Shown piece by piece: positions 11,742-20,547 of a stretch of DNA of 64,000 bases (positions within the stretch are counted from its first letter, which is position 1; each line of letters opens with the position of its first letter). A program made the translations under genes and the position numbers. The notes beneath the pieces were generated by a model. It saw only the letters and a program-made list of their open reading frames with translations, was not told the DNA's origin and made no database searches. Source of the stretch: Candidatus Marinacidobacterales bacterium (lineage in GTDB: Bacteria; Acidobacteriota; Vicinamibacteria; Marinacidobacterales; DATDRI01); NCBI GenBank assembly GCA_965219415.1, contig CBDCNP010000002.1:3360001-3424000 (forward strand). Direction: 5' to 3'.

Positions 11742-13203
11742 GGGGATGTCCCGGCCGCTGTTGAATTTGGTCGGGTAGCGGCGGCACCTGTGAATACTCT
11801 TAGGCAGCAAACTCATCGCTGTCAAGAGATTTCTGTTTGCTTCTAAGCGCGTGAACGAAAGCGCCCATATGGCGATAGCCTTTGATACGCCGGAACTTTT
11901 TCTGCGCGGTGACGACGCCAAGAGCGGTCCATCGGCGAACCATGGAAGGACTCTTCCAACGCTTGAGGTTTCTCGATACTCTGCGAATGGTTCCGTTGAG
12001 ATTCTCAATGGCGTTCGTCGTGGCAAGAGACTGGCGAAGTAAGGCGGGCAGCGCGAGCTTCACGACCGTGAGTGTCTCTTCCATCCCTTCACGAAGGCTT
12101 CCGGCAGCTTCGTCGTAGCCGTTTCGCTCGAGCCACGACACCAATGCCTGAAGTCGCTTGCGCGCCTTGTCGGCACTCTTGCACTTGTAGGCTTCCTTCA
12201 TCGTCTGGAGTACGTAGGCGTGACGAGACTTGGGAAGGTACGAGCGAAGATTCCGGAGTTTATGGGATCTGGCACCTTTGGATGACCGCGAGGTCCCCCA
12301 AAACGTCGACGAGTGCCTTGCGGATGCCTTTGCCTCCGTCCACTACGCAGAGAATCGACTCATCGACGCGCAAGCCCCGCTCGAGAAGGTCCTGCAACAT
12401 CGCGGTGCACACCCGAGAGTTCTCCGTCGAGCCCAGCCATATACCCAGGGGCACCTTCGTTCCATCTATTGTGATACCTAGAGTTACGACGACGGTCTGT
12501 CCGGCCACCTCAAGGCCATCCAGCATCAGTGCCGCAAGCTCGAACTCCTCTAGCCGCCGAGACAGGTATTCCTCGAGCTTCTTAGTCGTCTGGCTCACGA
12601 GGTGACGGCTGGCGGCACTCTTACTCGTGCCACGAGACTTCAACTTGGCCGCGGGTTTGTTCAGACTCGATTCGTAATTTCGGGTCGATACCCCCACCAA
12701 GATCTGATTCAACACTCGCTCTGGAAGCGGGTCTTCTTCGCGGAAGGCTTCGAAGTGTGGAAGCGACGCCTCCTCGCCCGACTTCGAGCGAACTCGAGGT
12801 CGCGACACTTGGATGCGACGACCACCGAAGCTCAGCTCTCCGTTCGTGCTCCCCCAGTGGGTTATGAGTTCGCTCCTTCTCGTGCTTGCCCTTGAGCCCC
12901 GCGATCTCCTCGGCGTCCTCTCTGAGCAGTAGGTGCAGAGCTGTCAGTCCTTGCTCGTACACCCATTCCGTCAGTTCCGCCTTCGTGGCCGCGATCCCAG
13001 CTATCATCGGTAGCAGTATCTGACCGACTTGGCCAACTACCTTGCCCGTAGACGAGTGCGTTTGCTTTCTTACTGGCTTCTTTGATTTCCTAGGCATTGG
13101 TGGCTCCTTGTCCCCCTCTGGAGACGGTTTATTGGCAGACCTATTCTTAGGCCGGCCAAGGAGCCGCCGCTACCCCAAATTCAACATCCGGCGGGACATC
13201 CCC
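11742..13203 (-). mobile_element. IS256-family IS (element B)
   Basis: TIRs GGGGATGTCCCG..TTGAATTTGG / CCAAATTCAAC..CGGGACATCCCC; TSD TCGACCAT. Confidence 0.9.
11800..13097 (-). pseudogene. IS256 transposase with two frameshifts
   Basis: GVSTRNY, MLDG, VVDG, IQRCQ and TTNAIENLN motifs spread over three frames. Confidence 0.85.
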
Positions 13204-13791
13204 TCGACCATAACGCCGTCGGGTAGCTCCTCGAATCGCCAGTAGGAATTCAACTTCCAGAGGAAGCCGCTGTCCTGTCCGGGTAACCTCTCCCGCTCTC
13301 GGGGCGTTCCGGGATCTTCGAGCTCGGCGATTCGAGTCGACTCACTCTTACTAGCAGCCCGCGTCGGTCCGTAGTTTGCGTAGACCACGAGGTGTTCGGT
13401 GTTGTACTGGACGGTAATGACCTTCTTGCGTCTCAATTTGAGGAAGACACTGAAGATATCTTCTTCGCGGGACAGCAGTCGTGACTCGACAACCTCGTCG
13501 AAGTAATCCGAGTGCTGATCGTAGCTCTGCTCCCACGCGACGACGTCCCCTAGCGCCGCTCCGGGCACGAAGACGGATCCATACCAGTGATGGATCATGC
13601 CGTCCGGAACCTCGACCCTCCGACCTTCCTCGTTGCGAGTCTCCATTTTCAAAACGAAGACCTCTCCAGAAAGCGCCACCTCCCGGGCCCGGCTTGCATC
13701 GGCGGGCGGCAAGAAATCCATCACCAAGAACTCTTCTCCGCCCGCAAGCTCCTCGGCAATTCTTTGCTCGGTCAGCTCCACGTAGGCGTCC

Positions 13792-14590
13792 GTCGGGCGC
13801 GAAAGCCGCTGGTGAAGATAGATTGCGCGACCCTGACGGAAAACCTCCTGGAAAGTGAGCTCTTCGGACACGAGAGGGGAGCCTTTACGGGAGCCATCGC
13901 TCAGAAGAAGGGCAAGCTAGAAATTGCCAACGGGGGAACAGCTTTCTTGGATGAGATTGGCGAACTTCCCGCCCTTCTCCAAGTGAAGTTGCTACGGGTG
14001 CTGCAGGATCGCGAGTTCGACCGGGTGGGTGGTACGCGACCATTCGAGTGGACATCCGGCTCGTCGCCGCCACCAACCGCGATCTGGCGGAGGAAGTAAA
14101 GAAGGGGGCCTTCCGTGAAGATCTCTTCCATCGCCTCAACGTCGTGGCCATCACGCTGCCGCCCCTTCGCGAGCGTCGCGAAGACATCGCGACGCTTGCA
14201 AGCTATTTCACATCGAAGTACAGCGGGAAAACGAAGCGACGGGTTACCGGCCTCTCGACCGAAGCGGTAAAGATGTTGGAACGCTATCGTTGGCCGGGCA
14301 ACATCAGAGAACTGGAAAACGCCATTGAACGCTCGGTCGTCCTAGGCTCGACCGATGTGATCTTGCCGGAGGACTTGCCGGAAACGCTGACCGAAACTGG
14401 TCCCCAGCCGGTACTTCCCTGACGAAGTACCACGATGCGATCAGCGAGAAGAAAAAGGAATTGATCATTCGAGGCGGTCAAACAATCTGGCGGTAATTAC
14501 ACCGAAGCCGCAAAATTCCTCGGGCTTCATCCCAACTACCTTCATCGTCTCATCCGCAACCTGGACATCAAAGCAGAGCTCAAGAATTGA
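13792..14590 (+). pseudogene. Sigma-54-dependent enhancer-binding regulator (AAA+ and Fis HTH), 5'-truncated and frameshifted
   Basis: [41 protein letters not shown] and [20 protein letters not shown]; Walker A and input domains absent. Confidence 0.9.
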
Positions 14591-14714
14591 GGGCCAGCCA
14601 GGCCCTCGGCAGCTGAGAGGTCGAGGGTGTGGTGCCAGCGAGTTCCCCCGACGAAGCCGTCAGAGTGATTCTCCACGCGGCTGAGTCGAGCGGCCGCTAG
14701 GGCGCGCCCGGGCA

Positions 14715-14826
14715 GGAGGAATTGCGTTACGAAGGACAACGCGCAAGGGAACCTGCCTGTGGTTTCGGGCGCGAGCGAAGAGCTAGCCAGGCGGCGGTGG
14801 GGGCCCGCGCGCAGTAAGTAATTTCC
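14715..14826. repeat. ~115-bp dispersed REP/MITE-like element, copy 1
   Basis: GGAGGAATTGCGTT..CGAAG..GCGCAAGG..GAGCGAAGAGC..GGGGCCCGCGCGCA.TAAGTAATTTCC shared with 25620-25735. Confidence 0.8.
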
Positions 14827-15026
14827 TCCGCACCGCAACCCTCGAAGTTGCCGCTCAAAGCCAAAATCAAGGGAACTTAGGGGCCTTGGACTGCACTAAG
14901 GAAGTGACAGCCCTCGGAGCGGCGGAACTCCCCCAGCTGGCTTAATCCAGCACCGATTGCTCCCCTGCCGACGGAGCCCGCGCAAGCCTTACCGAGCGAA
15001 GGGCGGCCGCAGCAAGGCCGGCTTAG

Positions 15027-18000
15027 GTGAGGCAAACAAGAGTGAGAGAGCACATGCGAGTGGACATTCCGGAGTACCTGCTTCTTTCCATGTTCCTGTC
15101 GGTAGCGAGCGTGTCCGCGGGCGCGCCGTCGAAAGCTGGTCCTTACTGTGATCCGAGGGACGATTCACCCCGTTACGTCTTGGTACAGGGAGGCGTCGAC
15201 ACCCTCGACCCGGTCTTGATTACCAATCGTTCTGGCAGAAGCCTCTGGGTCGACTACTTCATTACTCCTGGCACTACCACAGAGGGTGAAGACATCTTGC
15301 TCGGGCTCGACCTTCCCCCCGCACTGCTCCAAGACGGCGATTCGTTGCCGCTCGTTGGTTTCGTGGCAAGAGCCGAGCCGTTGCCGAGGAACGACTTTCA
15401 CGAGATCTTAGAGATCTTCGCGCGCGTCGCCGCCTATGAGTCACAGCCGGGAGACAACCTCGAGGACACCTTGTTTCTCTACGGTCTGGACGGCCTGGGT
15501 TATGTCGTGAGCCGGTTCCATAGTGGTCCGGGAGACTTTCAGGGGCTGGGCTTGACCTCCGACGAGACGTTTACGTTGCGTGTCGAATGGCGCCTGGCCA
15601 ACGGTGGACCGGGCGGTGACCTCTGCTTTTGGGAGGACCGGGTGATCACGGTTCGCGACCTCGATCGGCCACCGGTGCTCGCGTTGCGAGGCACCGAGCC
15701 CGCCAAAATTCAAGACCTCTTTACTGACTTCGACCCGAGCGGCGTCGGCTGGGGTCAATTCAATGCGAGCCGGTTCCTGATGGAGAGGTGGCTCGATGAA
15801 TTCCGGAGTCCGGAAGAGTCTCTCCAGGTCAAGCATCACATCACCGGACATAGCTTAGGCGACGCTCTCGCGCAATGGATCGCAGCCTACTACACGCAGT
15901 CGCTCTTCGAAGGCTCGTTAGGCGATATCGTTACTTTCAACACCCCTGGCATCTCCCGTGACGGGGCCTCCCGGTTCGATCGGTTCAGGGCGGAGGCGGT
16001 TACGCACTACATCACGTCGGCGGATCTCGCCAGCCTCGCCGGTGAAGCCTTCTTGCCTCCGACCGACAAGCAGCGCAACCTGCAAAACCACAATCCTGCG
16101 TGGGTGAAGTCGTCTTATCTTTCCACTTACGAATCCATCTTGGGGGCCGACCGCGCCGACTTCAAGCACTCGGCGCCGGTCATTGCGCCGATCGTCTACG
16201 GCGATCCTCCGCGGGTCAATCAAGTGGACAGCGCGGTCCCATTCCCTACGGTCGACGATTTGAGCGGCGATCTCTTTAGCTACAGCTTTCCGGAGCAGCT
16301 CGTGCCTCCGCAGCAGCCGGATCCGGACTACTTCGCCTTTCAGCTTTGGGTTGCCGAAACACTCGCGCCCTACGTCACGACGCCGGTCGGAGCCCTGATA
16401 GCGGCTCAGCTTTCATTTCGAGCATCGGTGGAGTTGAATCGACAGCAGATCGGCACGCTGCTGTTCGATCCCGGGATAAACTTCCTACCAAGTCCCCCGA
16501 ATCGACTTCATCCAGCAAAAACTTAGGCTGCTGGGTCCTACGGCGTGGGCGGCGATCTACATCATGACGAGAAACAAGGTCGCCCCCAACCAACAGTTTC
16601 AGAAACTGCCGGATGGCATCCTACCGATTCAGCCAACCAGGCGACGCGCGCTCGAGCGGGCGCAGCGCCAGGCGCAAGCGCCGAAACCTACCGTCGCCCA
16701 TGATTTTTGGGAAGCAGCGACACAATGGCCAGAGGCCGCCTGGCAGGTCATGGATCAATGGCCTGACTATGCCTGGGAGGCGATGGAGAGCTGGGGCACC
16801 GGGCAGTGGACGGCTACGCTGGCGGAAGACTTCCCCTGGAGCCAGACGCCAAACTGGACTCCAGAGCACTGGAACCTGGAACCCATACCGGGCCGGGTGG
16901 TCAGAGGCATCGTTTGGGATGATTCGCTCGATGGGGATGGCCTCTACGATTTCCCCTTCGAGTCCACGTTGGTAGGCCGGAACGTCTATCTAGACGTCAA
17001 CGGGAACCAAGCTATGGATGCTGGCGACCTCATCTCGGTCACCAATGCCCAAGGCGAGTACGAGCTTTACGCCCCGACCCTAAATGGGGTTCCGTCGCTT
17101 CTGGACGGTTCCTATACGGTGACTCAGCTCTCGAACGACCCGGGCTGGCAAATCACGTCACCGGCCGGCGGGAGTTACGTTGTGCTCTTCGACCAACCGG
17201 TCCAGGTTTACGATGGCTTCGATTTCGGCAACCAGTGCGTTAACAACTGTCTCGACGAAGACGACACCTTCGTCCTCACAACGAGCATGCATTCATCAAG
17301 ACCTTTACCGGGTTCACCCGGGCCGAGGACGCGCCCTGGGAGGTCCAAAAGGACACCCAAATTCCGGTCTCTGACTTCGTTTGCGGTGTCGTGGGGTTTT
17401 CAGCCTTCGGGGGCGATTTCTTCGACTGGGATCTTAGTGGATTTGGGGTTCCCGCAGCGGATTTCCCCATCGTACGAGCCTATGTCGAGCCGACCTATGG
17501 AACTTGGCGTATTCATTCGGACGTCAGGACGGGAGATCGAAGTCTTCAGATTCCCGCAACCGAATACAAATACCGGCTCGATACGCGACAGGAGAACTGG
17601 CAAGAGGTCAAGGTTCTCTGTATCAGCGCGGCGCTCGCGGCGGCTAATGGGCCAGAGCCAATGAAGCCGATCTTTCGGCAGCGATTTTCTTTGAACGGCC
17701 AGGCCGGCACCACCCTCAATACCCAAATCCTCGTCCGGGATTACAGCTGTGGCGCCATCGGTATGAACACCCATGGTGGAGATCCTCAGGAGAACGGCAG
17801 CGGAGACATTATCCGGCTTTATCTCCGCCCCGAGAATCCCGGAGGTCTGGCTCGATGGATCATAGTGGCCGACTTTAGAAGTCACAATCAACACGAGAAT
17901 TGGGATATCGATGTCCTCTGTGTGAGCAACGATCTAACCTCACGGGGTGATGTCGTGCCTTGGAAACCGTTTCTAATTCAAGACCTACCCCGCAACGAAG

Positions 18001-19946
18001 GGACCTACTTTGCCGGCGGCGGCGTGCCGTACGACACCGGAATCCCTTTCAGTGAATACGGCTGCGGTATCGTAGGTATGTATGGACACGATGGGGACAT
18101 CGATGAGGGAAATAAGGGGCGGGATGAACGGCTCTTCTTGATGCAAGCGGCAGTCCATAACGGTACCTGGCACGTCGAGGCCGATTTCCGAAGCCACAAC
18201 AAACACGAAGACTGGCGGGCCACCATCCTCTGTGCCCAAAGAGGTCATTGGAGCGTACCACTCGTGGACTTCGTCGCACCCGCGTCCGGCCCGGAGTCGG
18301 GAGGGGCTCCGGTAAAGCTCAGCGGACGAAACTTCGAGGTCGAGGGGTTTACTGTAACTGAAGTGACGTTCGGCGATCATGCCGCTTCCTCCTTCACCGT
18401 GGTGGACGACCGCCGAATCGACGCGGTTTCGCCAACCGTACCTGTTGGCACCGGGGCCGTCCACGTGAGAGTTGGAAACGTTTCCGGTCTCAGTGAAACC
18501 CACGACTCCAACGAATACGTATTTCTCCCAGTGAATCCGGGAGCGCCCAACGTGGGCGGGCTCTTGCCCAAACGCGGCCCTAGGGTCGGAACGACGGCGG
18601 TCGTGATTACAGGAACAAGGTTCAGCCAGCCGCCGGTGACTTCGGTGACCTTCGGTGGAGTCCATGCATTGGACTTTTCGGTTTTGGGTGATACCCAGAT
18701 CGTGGCTCTCTCGCCACCGGGTCAAGGCACGGTCGACGTCCTTGTCGCCAATGCCGACGGGAGCTCGATGAACACAGGGGCGGACGACTTCACATACGTC
18801 ACCGTCAGGGGGGGAGGCTTCGATCGTCGCGCGAACTTTTCCGCCAACGAAGAACCACGGGGTATCACTCACGGCGACTTCGACGGTGACGGGAAAGTGG
18901 ACATCGCCACCGCCGACACCGGAAGCAGTACCGTCCCCGTGCTCCGCAATGTGGGGGTTGGGGCGAACATCGCCTTTGCCGACAAGCTGAATTGGGAGGC
19001 CGGTAGCAACCCTTGGGACATCACCGCGGCAGACTTCGACGGTGACGGCAAAGTGGATCTAGTCACATCCAACCTCGGGGGGCAGGACGCGCTCTCGGTG
19101 TTCAGAAACACCTCCACCGGGCCTGGCGCCATCTCCTTCGAGCCGAGAGTCGATTTCGAGAGCTTCGGTTACGCCCCTCGCACGGTTACGGTTGGTGACT
19201 TCGACGGTGACGGGAGAACGGATCTCGCTACCGTGGACGGGTTCTACTACAACCTAGTGGTACTGCGAAACGCATCCCCGAGTGTAGGTGTGATCGACTT
19301 CGACTTGCCGATTGCTGTCGAATCGAACGCGGTGCCATTCGGAGTCGTCGCCGCCGACTTCGACGCCGACGGGATGACCGATCTCGCGACGTCAGACTGG
19401 GGCAGCTCGACCCTTTCCGTCTACCTGAATGCATCGGGGGGGTTGGGGCAGATCGCTTTCACCAGGCGAGACAGCTACCTCGTGGGTGGCGGGCCGACCG
19501 GCGTGACGGCTGGCGACTTCGACGGAGACGATCAGTTGGATCTTGCCAGCGCTGTCCAAGGCAGCGACTCCCTTTCCGTGATTCGCAATGTTTCCACAGC
19601 CGGAATTTCCAGCTTCGAGCCGGCGATAAGCTTCTCGACCGGTGAAAGAGCACAGGACGCCGCGGTCGGCGACTTCAATTTCGACGGCAAGCTGGATCTA
19701 GCCAGCGCCGACGAGGATAGTGACAGTGTCTCAATACTCTTCAACCGCTCGGCTGGCGCGGGGGACATCGACTTCAGCTCTCGCCAGAGTTATTTGACCG
19801 GGGACGCGCCCACTGGAATCACCGCTGCCGACTTCAACGGCGACGGTTTGCTGGACATCGCGGTCACGAACTCGACTGCGGGCACGGTGGCGGTCTTTCG
19901 AAACGGAGTCCCACGCGAAGATCGAGGAGATGACAATCCCAACTAG
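15027..19946 (+). pseudogene. Large secreted multidomain protein (lipase-like alpha/beta hydrolase, Trp repeats, SdrD-B-like, 3x Cys/His repeat, 2x IPT/TIG, FG-GAP propeller), frameshifted near 16490 and 17275
   Basis: ITGHSLG..TFN.PG motif; GIVWDD..NVYLDVNGN..D.GD; IPT motifs P.SGP..GG..V; seven GDF[DN].DG..D[IL] repeats; open alternative frames bridge the three ORFs. Confidence 0.7.
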
Positions 19947-20021
19947 CTCGTTGATGTTTCAGAGCGGTGGCGCATCCGTTCGGTGGAGGCTCGCGTCAAC
20001 GGCACCTGCTAGAATGCTGCC

Positions 20022-20426
20022 GTGGATGCACAACCATCCAAACGCGTCTTCTCCGGCGCCCCCTGGGAGTCGAAGGTCGGATATTGCCGTGCCGTGAAGG
20101 CGGGAGCTCAAATTTTCATTTCCGGCACCGCGCCGGTCGATGACGAAGGTGAGGTGTTCGCCGTGGGTGACGCCTACGCCCAGGCCAAGAGGTGCCTCGA
20201 GATCGTGGACAAGGCGCTCCAAGAGCTCAGCGTGAGCCGCGCCGCGGTGGTCCGCACTCGAATGTTCGTAACCGATATCGGTCGTTGGGAAGAATACGGC
20301 CGGGCCCACCGAGAGTTCTTCGCCGAGCATCCACCCGCGACTTCCATGGTAGAGGTCCGTTCTCTCATCCATGAAGACATGCTGATCGAAATAGAAGTGG
20401 ACGCGATCCAAAGCGGTTCCGACTAA
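20022..20426 (+). CDS. RidA/YjgF family protein
   Basis: SGAPWESKVGYCRAV, ISGTA, VVRTRMFV and LIEIEVDA motifs. Confidence 0.9.
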   Translation: MDAQPSKRVFSGAPWESKVGYCRAVKAGAQIFISGTAPVDDEGEVFAVGDAYAQAKRCLEIVDKALQELSVSRAAVVRTRMFVTDIGRWEEYGRAHREFFAEHPPATSMVEVRSLIHEDMLIEIEVDAIQSGSD

Positions 20427-20440
20427 TATCGCCTAGCCCG

Positions 20441-20525
20441 ACCCCCTCACCCGACGCCTGGCTGCCTTGATTGATAGCTCCTCCCTATTTTGGCGTCCGC
20501 AGTCTCCCCCAACGGGGGCGAGGGA
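20441..20525. repeat. REP-like palindromic element between convergent genes
   Basis: CCCCTCACCC...TCTCCCCC AAC GGGGGCGAGGG architecture. Confidence 0.6.
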
Positions 20526-20547
20526 ATAAAGGAACAAGAGCTTCACA

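Larger units (their letters stand above)
11577..13791 (-). pseudogene. START/SRPBCC-like hypothetical protein (paralog 2), 5'-truncated and split by IS256
   Basis: [26 protein letters not shown] and VMVE|CESVSLSRGIP match paralog 1; signal-peptide end missing. Confidence 0.75.

Noticed and set aside
13587-13871. Apparent antisense overlapping genes
   Set aside because: The overlap comes from chimeric read-through across the deletion junction at ~13791.
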